From the NCBI GenBank assembly GCA_011170385.1, contig DUFE01000087.1, forward strand, positions 1 through 33,754: 33,754 nt of DNA. Direction: 5' to 3'. The notes beneath the pieces were generated by a model. It was not told the DNA's origin. It was given only the letters and a program-made list of their open reading frames with translations, and searched no databases. This DNA comes from Dehalococcoidia bacterium (GTDB lineage: Bacteria; Chloroflexota; Dehalococcoidia; Dehalococcoidales; W693). The position numbers and the translations under genes were made by a program. Positions within the stretch are counted from its first letter, which is position 1, and every line of letters starts with the position of its first letter. Below, piece after piece: positions 17,243-26,117 of this stretch.

Positions 17243-17681
17243 CGGTAAAATCCTTTCGCAGTGGGTGCCCCTGGAATCCCTCCCAGAGGAAAATACGTTT
17301 CATATTTGGGTGGCCTTCGAAATTTATACCCATAAGGTCGAATATCTCGCGCTCCTGGAGTTCGGCTCCCCGCCACAGGCTTACCACGGAGGGGATGGTG
17401 GGGGTTTTTCTATCGGTACACCTGGTCTTTATCACCAGGCTGTGGTTGTGCTTTAAAGACACCAGGTGATAGACAAGCTCGAAATAATCGCAGTAATCGA
17501 TTGCAGTGATATGAACCAGGTAGTTGAAATTTAGTCCGGGCTCGTCCTTGAGGAAGGCAGCAATGTCGAAAAGGAACTCGCTCTTAACCAAAAGGCTATC
17601 CGGGTTTAGTCCGGCAATGCCTGCGGCAAGACTTTTATCCAGTCTGGCGGCTGCTTCGCTGCCGGCAAGAGCCAGTGTCAT
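17232..17681 (-). CDS. nuoC: NADH-quinone oxidoreductase subunit C
   Basis: 149 aa. [31 protein letters not shown] is the NuoC/30-kDa signature. ATGA overlap with nuoB. Confidence 0.9.
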   Translation of the reverse strand: MTLALAGSEAAARLDKSLAAGIAGLNPDSLLVKSEFLFDIAAFLKDEPGLNFNYLVHITAIDYCDYFELVYHLVSLKHNHSLVIKTRCTDRKTPTIPSVVSLWRGAELQEREIFDLMGINFEGHPNMKRIFLWEGFQGHPLRKDFTDGS

Positions 17682-18277
17682 TTCTTCTCCTCGACGAAGC
17701 TTTTTCTCCTTTTTATCTTCTCACGAAGCATCTGTATCCCGTAAAGCAGGGCTTCGGGGCGTGGCGGGCAGCCGGGCACATAAACATCCACCGGCACTAT
17801 GTGGTTATAGCCGGGTACCACCGAATAGGAGCCCTTGAAAACGCCGCCGCTGATGCCACACGCCCCCATGGCGATTACCCATTTAGGCTCTGCCATCTGG
17901 TCATAAAGACGCTTTATCTGGGGAGCCATCTTCCAGGTAAGGGTACCAGCGGTAATCATCAGGTCTGCCTGGCGCGGTGAAGCGCGGACGATTTCCATAC
18001 CGAAACGTGAGATATCAAAACGGGATGCGGCGGCGCCCATGAACTCGAAGGCGCAGCAGGCAGGGAATGAAATTACCGGCCATATGGCGGTGCGCCTCGC
18101 CCAGTTAAGAGCGGCGTCCACTGTGGTCAGTAGTATGTTCTGGCGTAGTTCGTCGGTCAGCCAGCTGTCCGGGTCGGGAATGATATCGCGGCTTCTTTCT
18201 TTGAGCTCCTCTATCATCTTTCCCTCGTGGATATCGAGCTCGGCGCCGGAATAGACGTGACCTTTTCCTACTTCCAT
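17678..18277 (-). CDS. nuoB: NADH-quinone oxidoreductase subunit B (N2 cluster subunit) with ~45-aa N-terminal extension
   Basis: 199 aa. The ACCAFEF...GACGISGG...PGCPPRPE cysteine pattern is that of NuoB. The ATG at 18277 overlaps the nuoA stop by 10 nt. Confidence 0.9.
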   Translation of the reverse strand: MEVGKGHVYSGAELDIHEGKMIEELKERSRDIIPDPDSWLTDELRQNILLTTVDAALNWARRTAIWPVISFPACCAFEFMGAAASRFDISRFGMEIVRASPRQADLMITAGTLTWKMAPQIKRLYDQMAEPKWVIAMGACGISGGVFKGSYSVVPGYNHIVPVDVYVPGCPPRPEALLYGIQMLREKIKRRKSFVEEKK

Positions 18278-18639
18278 TCGAGGACCTTCTTACGCCAGGC
18301 ATAGATATAGCCGATAACTACAATCGATATAAATATAAGGACGACAAAAAAGCCAAATTCACCTAGCTGTTTGAGATCTACAGCCCAGGGGTAGAGAAAT
18401 ACTACCATAACATCCAGGGCGATGAGCATCAGGGCATAGAAATAATAGCGGAAGTTGAACTGAACCCATGACCTGCCGATAGTCTCCATACCGCATTCGA
18501 AGGGCGTGTACTTTATCGGGTTGGGCTTGCTGGGTATGATCTTGATGAGTCTAAGTAGAACTGGGAGAAAGACAAGCAGAGAGGCAAAGAGGATTGAAAT
18601 CACTGTAAACAGTGCGATGTAACCAAAGTTTTCTAGCAA
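18268..18639 (-). CDS. nuoA: NADH-quinone oxidoreductase subunit A
   Basis: 123 aa with 3 TM helices, FECG and [14 protein letters not shown] motifs. TTG start follows the AAGGAG RBS. Confidence 0.9.
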   Translation of the reverse strand: MLENFGYIALFTVISILFASLLVFLPVLLRLIKIIPSKPNPIKYTPFECGMETIGRSWVQFNFRYYFYALMLIALDVMVVFLYPWAVDLKQLGEFGFFVVLIFISIVVIGYIYAWRKKVLEWK

Positions 18640-18687
18640 CTACACGCTCCTTTGAGAAGTTAATTTACTAGAAACAATGAGTGGATA

Positions 18688-18716
18688 AGTATATCACCCT
18701 TTTGTTTTTTAGGCAA
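18688..18716 (-). promoter_or_regulatory. Candidate promoter of the nuo operon
   Basis: On the minus strand: TTGCCT (18716-18711), 17-nt spacer, TATACT (18693-18688), about 50 nt upstream of the nuoA start. Confidence 0.4.
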
Positions 18717-18798
18717 GTAAATTATCCAGCTATTAGGGCGTAATGTCCATACCCTGTAATACATCTAATATTCAAACCAGAAGGGAGTGGGGGCTATA

Positions 18799-18827
18799 TT
18801 GACAAAGAAGTGATTTGGGGCTAAACT
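18799..18827 (+). promoter_or_regulatory. Candidate promoter of the CetZ-like gene
   Basis: TTGACA (18799-18804), 17-nt spacer, TAAACT (18822-18827). The RBS GAGGAGGTGAGG lies before ATG 18856. Confidence 0.4.
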
Positions 18828-18855
18828 TCAGGTTCAGGAAACGAGGAGGTGAGGT

Positions 18856-20031
18856 ATGAAAATAGTGGTCATCGGTATGGGGCAGTGCGGCGGTCGAATT
18901 GCAGACGAGTTCGCCCGTCTGGGTAAAAGGGCGCGCAGCCTGCGGGGCATAGATATAATCGTTGATACTTTTGCAGTTAATACGGATTCTACCGACTTGG
19001 TGGGGATGCACACAATAGGCTCCGATTATCGCCACCGGATACTGATAGGTGCCGGCACAACCCACGGGCACGGTGTCGCAAAAATGAACGATATCGGCGC
19101 CGAGATAGCCAGGGAAGATGCCGATAAGGTGCTGGATGCCATAAAATCGGCGCGTCAGCTGTATGAATCGGATGCCTTCCTTCTGATCGCAGCGACTGCT
19201 GGAGGCACCGGATCTGGGGCGACACCGGTAATAGCCAGGTTTCTCAAGGAGCGTTATGCTGATAAGCCGGTGTATACCATGCTGGTCTTACCCTTTGAGC
19301 ATGAAGAGATGAACGAGGAAAGGGCATTGTATAACACAGCGGTATGTCTTAAATCTACGTATCAGGTTGCCGATGCCGTTATCCTGATAGATAACCAGCG
19401 GTATGTCAGGAAGGACTACTCGCTACAGAGCAATATGATAGAGATAAACAGGCTGATCGCAGAGCCATTCTTCGATCTGCTGTGTGCCGGTGAAGAGAAA
19501 AAGGTAAAGCATATCGGCGCCAAGGTGCTGGATGCAGGTGATATAATACAGACCCTTTGCGGCTGGACGGCTATCGGTTATGGCGAGTTGAAGTTGCCGC
19601 TGATAACCTTTCCTACGGATTGGAGCGGGGACTTTCGCAAACGCGGTAATCGCACGCACAAGGGTATAGAGGCAATGGATCAGGCATTGTGCGACCTGTC
19701 AATTGAATGCGATCCACAGGACGCTAATAGGGCGCTCTACCTGCTTTCCGCTCCGGTTAAGGAGATGAATATGGAGCTGGTCAAAGAGCTCGGTGATTAT
19801 CTTAAGGGCTTCGCCCCGCAAGCTGTCATCAGAGACGGGGACTATCCTCGTGAGAAGGGCTTGCTGGATGTTACGGTTATATTGTCGGAGTTAAGCGATG
19901 TCGCCAAGGTGAGGGATTACTACACCCGCTCCTCTGCGCTGGCTAAAGAGATGAAGGTAAGGACGAAGAACAAGGAAAGCAAAGCCGTGCTGGCGGAAGA
20001 AGCTGGCAAGGATATACCGACGCTGTTTTGA
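18856..20031 (+). CDS. Tubulin/FtsZ-superfamily GTPase, CetZ/tubulin-like rather than canonical FtsZ
   Basis: 391 aa. IVVIGMGQCGGRIADEF (tubulin/CetZ-type GQxG), ATAGGTGSGATPV (tubulin signature), VILIDNQRY (DN where FtsZ has PND), and a C-terminal tail ending GKDIPTLF. Confidence 0.8.
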   Translation: MKIVVIGMGQCGGRIADEFARLGKRARSLRGIDIIVDTFAVNTDSTDLVGMHTIGSDYRHRILIGAGTTHGHGVAKMNDIGAEIAREDADKVLDAIKSARQLYESDAFLLIAATAGGTGSGATPVIARFLKERYADKPVYTMLVLPFEHEEMNEERALYNTAVCLKSTYQVADAVILIDNQRYVRKDYSLQSNMIEINRLIAEPFFDLLCAGEEKKVKHIGAKVLDAGDIIQTLCGWTAIGYGELKLPLITFPTDWSGDFRKRGNRTHKGIEAMDQALCDLSIECDPQDANRALYLLSAPVKEMNMELVKELGDYLKGFAPQAVIRDGDYPREKGLLDVTVILSELSDVAKVRDYYTRSSALAKEMKVRTKNKESKAVLAEEAGKDIPTLF

Positions 20032-20105
20032 TGGTTCGTTTTTAGTCCGCTCCATATACAAATAACTGAATATCCCCTGGAAACTGGCGGAAGTCTGTAT
20101 CTACA

Positions 20106-20978
20106 ATGGCAGAGCACACCGGGCTGTATATCGGCACCTCCGGCTGGTCTTACCCCCGGGGCGAAGGAACCTGGAAAGGGCATTTCTATCCCACGGGCAA
20201 GATTGACGAGCTGATCTATTACAGCCGGTATTTCTCTGCAGTGGAGATAAACAGCTCCTTCTACCACCCGCCCGATCCTGAAACCGTTAAAAAGTGGTCA
20301 GAAAGGGTACCTGAGGGCTTTCTTTTTACCGCCAAGCTTTGGCAGAAATTCACCCACCCCGATATGTATCGGCAAGCTACCGGAACCGATGCCACCATTT
20401 CACAGCGGGATGTGGATATATTCAAGAGAAGCCTGGAACCGCTGGTCGAGAGTAACAGGCTTGGGGCGCTGCTAGCGCAATTTCCACCGAGCTTCAAGAA
20501 CGACGACTTCGGACGGCGGATACTGGCTGCCGTAGGCAAAACCTTTTCGCAGTATCGGCTGGCGGTAGAGCTGCGCCATAAGAGCTGGAGTGACGACCCG
20601 GAAACAGCAAAACTGCTCGCTGCTGGCAATACTGCCTGGGTGCAAATAGACGAACCGAAGTTCAGAACATCGATAGCACAGGAGCTGCCGATAACCTCCG
20701 GTATAGCCTATTTTCGCTTCCACGGACGCAACGCCGAAAACTGGTGGCGGGGCGATAGCGAAACGCGCTATAGATACCTCTATTCGGATAGTGAGATACA
20801 GGAGTTGTCGCATCGAGTAGAGGCAGCCCACCGTAAAGCAAAGCTGGCTTTCGCCTTTTTCAATAATCACTGGCAGGGGTATGCCCCACGTAATGCGGTT
20901 AGCATGATAAAAGCCCTAAAGCTGCCAGTAAAGGAATTGTCTATGCAGATGCCTCTGGCGGACGAAGGTGAAAAGTAG
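20106..20978 (+). CDS. DUF72 (YecE-like) family protein
   Basis: 290 aa. YIGTSGWSYPRGEGTWKGHFYP...YYSRYFSAVEINSSFY matches the DUF72 N-terminal pattern. Confidence 0.8.
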   Translation: MAEHTGLYIGTSGWSYPRGEGTWKGHFYPTGKIDELIYYSRYFSAVEINSSFYHPPDPETVKKWSERVPEGFLFTAKLWQKFTHPDMYRQATGTDATISQRDVDIFKRSLEPLVESNRLGALLAQFPPSFKNDDFGRRILAAVGKTFSQYRLAVELRHKSWSDDPETAKLLAAGNTAWVQIDEPKFRTSIAQELPITSGIAYFRFHGRNAENWWRGDSETRYRYLYSDSEIQELSHRVEAAHRKAKLAFAFFNNHWQGYAPRNAVSMIKALKLPVKELSMQMPLADEGEK

Positions 20979-21063
20979 CGGGTGTTGACAAACGGCATTC
21001 GCGCTTCTGGGATAAATCACGTACCTTCAGTTCGCCATACTGGCTATTACCGATAACCTGATA

Positions 21064-21933
21064 TCAGTTATTCTCGTCTGGCAATGAATAGAATGCAATA
21101 CCCAGCGCACCGGTGCCGATAGCGTATCCGATAATAGGGCTGACCTCGGTAAGTAAGAGCTCTTTACAGTCGAACTCACCGGCGATACGTTGCTTCAATT
21201 TCTCTCCTTCTTCGGGTATCGCGGTGTGCATCACGGCGGCGTGAACCGCCTGTTCGCCTGTCCTGCGCTTCATATTGTCGACGAGCTTTTCCTTACCACT
21301 CTTCATTGTTCTTGATACGCTAACCAGGTGCACCACTCCATTTGAGATGGTAAGCAGCGGCTTGACCCCCAGCGCCGAACCCACCTGGGTGGCGATTTTG
21401 GGTATCCGCCCTGTGCGGTAGGCATGGCGGATGGTATCTAGGGCAAGGAACATATAGGCGTGTTCCCTTACCTTGTTGGCTGTTAGGATAACCTCGTCAA
21501 GCTGTCTGCCCTCGATTGCCGATCGGGCGGCCGCCAGAACGATAAGCCCCTGCGTTGCGGTGGCGGTCATGGAGTCCACAATGGCGATGGTGGCCTCGGG
21601 ATTTTCCTGTAGCAAGTTGTCCTTTGCTAGACAGGCGACATTAAAAACTGTGCTTAGCTTGGAGGAGACGGATATACACAAAATATCCTGCCCGCGGTTC
21701 ACAATCTCGCGGAAAAGGTTTATATAATCGTTAGGGGGGGAAGGAGCCGTTGAAAAGGAGTCGGGCGCCTTATCTAGGAGCTGGTAAGCCTCGGCGGCGT
21801 CAAGATCTACGCCATTACTGTAGACTTTGTTTCCGAATAGTATTTTCACCGGAACGATATGGATTCCGTACTTCTCCGCCTGCTCTTTGGGCAAGCAGGA
21901 AACGCTGTCGGTAATAATGGCAACTTTATTCAC
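21064..21933 (-). CDS. DegV family fatty-acid-binding protein
   Basis: 289 aa. VAIITDSVSCLPKEQAEKYGIHIVPVKILFGNKVY is a typical DegV N-terminus. Confidence 0.85.
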   Translation of the reverse strand: MNKVAIITDSVSCLPKEQAEKYGIHIVPVKILFGNKVYSNGVDLDAAEAYQLLDKAPDSFSTAPSPPNDYINLFREIVNRGQDILCISVSSKLSTVFNVACLAKDNLLQENPEATIAIVDSMTATATQGLIVLAAARSAIEGRQLDEVILTANKVREHAYMFLALDTIRHAYRTGRIPKIATQVGSALGVKPLLTISNGVVHLVSVSRTMKSGKEKLVDNMKRRTGEQAVHAAVMHTAIPEEGEKLKQRIAGEFDCKELLLTEVSPIIGYAIGTGALGIAFYSLPDENN

Positions 21934-22058
21934 TTCAGCCTCCTGCGGTGATTGGAATACGGATTATAGCATAGTAATATGCGTGTAGGGAAATGTCTAG
22001 ATATTGGTATATCTGAAAGAAGAATAGCCTCCGCTGGATATGATATAATAGCCTACGA

Positions 22059-23069
22059 ATGTCGGTAGTAGTAACCGGTGCCTCCGGACATATGGGTATC
22101 AACCTGATACACTCCCTGATTGCACAGAACCGGTCGGTACGCGCCATGGTCCATGTTAACAGACAGGCGGTGGACGGGTTAGATGTTGAGGTTGCCAAAG
22201 GCGATGTACGCGATCTGACGTCTCTGCTGGATGCCTTTAAGGGCGCTGATGTGGTATATCACCTGGCGGCTCATATCTCTGTCTTGAGGAACGAGGGGCG
22301 TTTGCTTGAATCGGTCAATGTTACCGGTACCAGAAACGTAGTCGAAGCTTGCCTGCGTTGTGGTGTGCGCCGCCTTATCCACTTTAGCTCGATCCATAGC
22401 ATAGCCCAGACGCTTGCAGATAACCCGATTGATGAATCATCCCCTGCGGTACAATCGCGACAATGCCCGCCCTATGATCTATCCAAAGCGGCTGCCGAGG
22501 GAGAGATATGCAGGGGGATAGGGAGGGGGATGGATGCTGTTATCGTCAGCCCAACTGCGATAATCGGTCCTTACGATTATAAGCCGTCGCACTTCGGCGA
22601 AGCGCTGGTGAAGATGGCAAACGGCAAGCTGCCTGCACTGGTTGATGGTGGGTTTAACTGGGTAGATGCTCGTGACGTTGCCGGAGGGGCGATGCAAGCC
22701 GAAGAACGGGCGTCGACCGGAGCAAGGTATATCCTTTCGGGGCACTGGGTTTCACTGTATGATATGGCTGTGATGGTTGAAAAGATAACCGGTGTTCCGG
22801 CACCCCGCTTTGTCTGCCCGATGTGGCTGGCTCGTATCGGTGCACCGCTTATGACTGCCTTTGACCGTCTATCCGGGAGGCGGCCGCTTTATACCAGTGT
22901 CTCCCTGAAGGCGCTGCGTAGTCACCGTAATATAAGCCATCGGAAAGCTACCCAGGAGCTAGATTACCATCCGCGTCCGTTTGGTGAAACACTAGTCGAT
23001 GCCCTTCGTTGGTTCGAAGGGGCAGGTAAACTCGCCAGACCCCTGAAAGAGAAAACGGCAATGTCATGA
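22059..23069 (+). CDS. NAD(P)-dependent epimerase/dehydratase-type extended SDR
   Basis: 336 aa. VVVTGASGHMGINL (GxxGxxG) and the YDLSK catalytic YxxxK. The stop overlaps the next start (ATGA). Confidence 0.8.
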   Translation: MSVVVTGASGHMGINLIHSLIAQNRSVRAMVHVNRQAVDGLDVEVAKGDVRDLTSLLDAFKGADVVYHLAAHISVLRNEGRLLESVNVTGTRNVVEACLRCGVRRLIHFSSIHSIAQTLADNPIDESSPAVQSRQCPPYDLSKAAAEGEICRGIGRGMDAVIVSPTAIIGPYDYKPSHFGEALVKMANGKLPALVDGGFNWVDARDVAGGAMQAEERASTGARYILSGHWVSLYDMAVMVEKITGVPAPRFVCPMWLARIGAPLMTAFDRLSGRRPLYTSVSLKALRSHRNISHRKATQELDYHPRPFGETLVDALRWFEGAGKLARPLKEKTAMS

Positions 23070-23827
23070 CCGAGAAAGTATTATTCGATTATATTATAAT
23101 AGGCTGGTTTGTACTGGCGGTAGTAGTCTTTCTGATGCTGATTTTCGTTGCTGCTCCGTATGGCCGTTATGCACGCGGTGGCTGGGGTCCCACCATAAAA
23201 AACAGGGCGGGCTGGGTTATTATGGAAGCGGCGGCGCCGATAGCCTTTGCTATATGTTTCATTCTTGGTGATAACGCCAGTACGTTCACCACGCTGGTCT
23301 TTCTTGGATTGTGGCAGCTTCATTATATACATCGGGCTTTTATCTACCCCTTCGGATTGCGTAGCAGGGGCGATGGGATACCACTCGTAATCGTTAGCTT
23401 AGGGATGCTGTTCAACACGGTGAATGGATATCTCAATGGACGTTATATCTTCACATTCTCCAGTGGTTATGGCAACGAGTGGATCGGAGATCCCAGATTT
23501 ATTATCGGGGTATCGTTATTTATTGTCGGCTTCGTCATAAACCGACGAGCAGACCTGATTCTCCGCAACTTAAGGAGACCCGGTGAATCAGGGTACAGGA
23601 TTCCGCACGGAGAGCTTTATCGATGGATATCATGCCCTAATTACTTAGGCGAAGTCGTTATCTGGGTGGGGTGGGCTGTGGCGACCTGGTCGTTACCCGG
23701 TATGGCGTTCGCCGTTTGGACGGCTGCCAATCTGGTACCACGCGCCCGGCTGCATCACGCGTGGTACCGCAAAAACTTCCCGGATTACCCGCCCGGGCGA
23801 AAGGCATTTTTACCCGGGATATGGTAG
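23066..23827 (+). CDS. 3-oxo-5-alpha-steroid 4-dehydrogenase (steroid 5-alpha-reductase/polyprenol reductase) family membrane protein
   Basis: 253 aa, polytopic. YRIPHGELYRWISCPNYLGEVVIWVGWAV is the family C-terminal signature. Confidence 0.8.
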   Translation: MTEKVLFDYIIIGWFVLAVVVFLMLIFVAAPYGRYARGGWGPTIKNRAGWVIMEAAAPIAFAICFILGDNASTFTTLVFLGLWQLHYIHRAFIYPFGLRSRGDGIPLVIVSLGMLFNTVNGYLNGRYIFTFSSGYGNEWIGDPRFIIGVSLFIVGFVINRRADLILRNLRRPGESGYRIPHGELYRWISCPNYLGEVVIWVGWAVATWSLPGMAFAVWTAANLVPRARLHHAWYRKNFPDYPPGRKAFLPGIW

Positions 23828-23951
23828 CCCATCTGTAGAAGTGAGAGGGTTATAATATATTACGCGCTTCTAAAAGGTGATTATCTGCAAAAACCATACA
23901 AATATGGGCATACAGTGTGAGTGCCTGCACCGATTAACCGCTACCTTAATG

Positions 23952-24869
23952 CTATCCCCTGACAAGAAAAACCGGGACGTATGCTTTTAGCATAACGTCT
24001 TCGGCGACGCTACCGTAAGCCCAGCGGCTGATTCCGGAGCGTCCGTGGGTTATCATAGTGACGAGGCTTACTTTATTATCCCTGGCGTAGTTAATAATCT
24101 CTTCATCAGGTTTACCCAGCGGTGCCTCCTTGTGTACCTTTAGTCCAGCATCCTGAAACCGCTTTTCTATATGCGCCAGGTAAGGGCCGACCACCAGCTT
24201 GCACTTGGCAGCTTCCAGCTCTACGTGCTCTTCCCAGCTCAACGGCATATCGGAGGGATAATCTGCAGATACATCCGGCGGTTGGTAAGCCCGCAATAAA
24301 ACTATCTTCACCTTTCCTCCACCCCACTGTTTAGCCAATGATTCGACGTGCGGCAATACCGATTCTGCCAGTTTGGAGCCATCTAGCGGAACCAATATCT
24401 TTCTTTCAGGCAATCTATCTTCCAGGATTTCTTCGGCAACGCCGTCTCGAGCTAGCCAGACGGGTACATTCGCCGAACGCAATACCTTGTAAGCGACGCT
24501 GCCCATAGCCCAGCGGTTGATTCCGGAGCGTCCATGGGTTGCCATAAGAATAAGGTCTATACCATTGTTATCGGCGTAGCGCAGTATTTCATCGGCTGGC
24601 TTGCCTGATGCCAGCTCGCATTTTACGTTTACATGGCAGGCTATCTCCCCTCTCCCCTTCTTTATCATTTTTGGATATTTCCTGATGGCATCCGCCGCCC
24701 ACTCGATATATGCTCTATGCTTGGGAATCAACCCGCGCTCATCTTGGCTGTAGACATGGAGCAGGTATATATCGACACCCTCCATATTGCAGGCGATGCT
24801 CTTGGCGTATTTCAATATCGCTTCGGCAAAGTCAGAACCATCGAGCGGTATGAGCATTTTCTTGTACAA
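23952..24869 (-). CDS. Tandem universal stress protein (2x UspA domain)
   Basis: 305 aa. Two copies of the pattern K(K)ILVPLDGS...ATHGRSGI(N/S)RWA(M/Y)GSVA. Confidence 0.85.
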   Translation of the reverse strand: MYKKMLIPLDGSDFAEAILKYAKSIACNMEGVDIYLLHVYSQDERGLIPKHRAYIEWAADAIRKYPKMIKKGRGEIACHVNVKCELASGKPADEILRYADNNGIDLILMATHGRSGINRWAMGSVAYKVLRSANVPVWLARDGVAEEILEDRLPERKILVPLDGSKLAESVLPHVESLAKQWGGGKVKIVLLRAYQPPDVSADYPSDMPLSWEEHVELEAAKCKLVVGPYLAHIEKRFQDAGLKVHKEAPLGKPDEEIINYARDNKVSLVTMITHGRSGISRWAYGSVAEDVMLKAYVPVFLVRG

Positions 24870-24980
24870 TGATTACCTCCGGCTAGTCAGATAGTAGGAA
24901 TTTATAAATGTGACGAAAATAGACCAGCGGATATAATAATACACAAGTAGTCGTGAAAACTCAACCTCAGAGCTTTAATA

Positions 24981-25009
24981 TTGCCTTATACACGGAGCAG
25001 GGGTATAAT
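24981..25009 (+). promoter_or_regulatory. Candidate promoter for moaB
   Basis: TTGCCT (24981-24986), 17-nt spacer, TATAAT (25004-25009). It lies inside the track ORF extension, which supports the internal ATG at 25055. Confidence 0.45.
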
Positions 25010-25054
25010 AAACCCTCCGGGGAGACAACAAGAATAGCAAAAAGGCTAGTCACA

Positions 25055-25558
25055 ATGGGATACCACGAGCACAAGCATCAATCACCGGCGAATACAACAT
25101 GCGCCGTGATTATCATCTCCGGTAGCAGAAATAAGCAAAACGACGAGTCTGGCAAGCTCATCGCGCAGTTGCTTAAGAATGACGACCACAGGGTGTCATC
25201 CCTTTCCATTCTGAAAAATGACGCCGAAGCAATTATTAACAAGGTGTCCTGTCTTCTTGAGGATGAAAATGTTCAGGTTATCATCACCAGCGGCGGCACC
25301 GGCGCCAGCAACTTGGATATAACCGTAGAGACGATAACCCCGCTTCTAGATAAAAGGTTGGACGGTTTCGGTGAGCTCTTCCGTTTACTTACCTATCAAG
25401 AGATTGGCAGCGGCAGTATTATGAGCCGGGCGATGGCGGGTGTGGTAAAAGGCAGGGCCATCATCTGTCTACCGGGCTCTGTAGATGCCGTCAGATTGGC
25501 GATGGAAAAGATAATACTGCCCGAAATCGGACACCTGGTCAGGGAAGCAAGCAGATAG
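25055..25558 (+). CDS. moaB: Molybdenum cofactor biosynthesis protein B (MoaB/MogA family)
   Basis: 167 aa from ATG 25055. CAVIIISGSR...VIITSGGTGASNLDITVE...ICLPGSVDAV are MoaB/Mog motifs. The track start (GTG 24953) adds 34 non-homologous residues. Confidence 0.85.
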   Translation: MGYHEHKHQSPANTTCAVIIISGSRNKQNDESGKLIAQLLKNDDHRVSSLSILKNDAEAIINKVSCLLEDENVQVIITSGGTGASNLDITVETITPLLDKRLDGFGELFRLLTYQEIGSGSIMSRAMAGVVKGRAIICLPGSVDAVRLAMEKIILPEIGHLVREASR

Positions 25559-25613
25559 CCTTTCGTAACTGAAGGCTGCATTACAGCTGACGGTATTGCT
25601 GACGGTATTACTG

Positions 25614-26084
25614 CTACCTTATATACGTACCGCTTTTACCGCCGCTCTTCTTCTCAAGGCAAATATTTTCGATGGTCATACCGCGGTCGATGGCTTTGCA
25701 CATATCGTAAATAGTCAGCGCGCTCACCGAGGCGGCGACCATAGCTTCCATCTCCACACCGGTCTTGCCGGTACTCTTCGCCGTCGCCGTTATCTTGATA
25801 CAGTCTTTGTCAGTATAATCGAACGCGATGCCGATCTCGCTTACCTGTATAGAGTGGCACAGGGGAATCAGGTCAGGCGTTTTCTTAGCTGCCATAATAC
25901 CGGCTACTCTGGCTACCGCTAGAACGTCCCCCTTTTTAAGCTGGTTCTGCCTGATTTTCTCCAGCGTTTCCGGTTTCATCCGTATACCGCTGGTTACCAC
26001 TGCCTCACGAATAGTATCGTCCTTGGCGGATATATCTACCATTTTTGCTTCGCCGCTGGAGCCGACGTGGCTCAATTCTTCCAT
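25614..26084 (-). CDS. moaC: Cyclic pyranopterin monophosphate synthase accessory protein
   Basis: 156 aa. KGDVLAVARVAGIMAAKKTPDLIPLCH...GVEMEAM is the MoaC signature. Confidence 0.9.
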   Translation of the reverse strand: MEELSHVGSSGEAKMVDISAKDDTIREAVVTSGIRMKPETLEKIRQNQLKKGDVLAVARVAGIMAAKKTPDLIPLCHSIQVSEIGIAFDYTDKDCIKITATAKSTGKTGVEMEAMVAASVSALTIYDMCKAIDRGMTIENICLEKKSGGKSGTYIR

Positions 26085-26117
26085 AGTAATCTCTCCGTCT
26101 TTAGTACCCGTTCAGCC

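Noticed and set aside
7465-18639. Many 60-220-aa track ORFs overlapping the nuo genes on the opposite strand or in other frames (e.g. 8036-8239, 9184-9588, 11305-11649, 12650-13192, 13761-14414, 15064-15456, 17076-17456)
   Set aside because: Each is nested in a long CDS with clear complex I homology. Their translations are low-complexity Ala/Arg/Ser/Pro-rich strings typical of antisense frames.
24953-25054. GTG 24953 as the moaB start
   Set aside because: It has no RBS. The extra 34 residues have no MoaB counterpart, and a good TTGCCT-N17-TATAAT promoter lies inside this stretch.
25586-25609. Perfect tandem 12-mer GCTGACGGTATT x2 between convergent moaB and moaC
   Set aside because: It is real but tiny, only two copies with no further structure. 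It is probably a slippage duplication in a terminator-less spacer.
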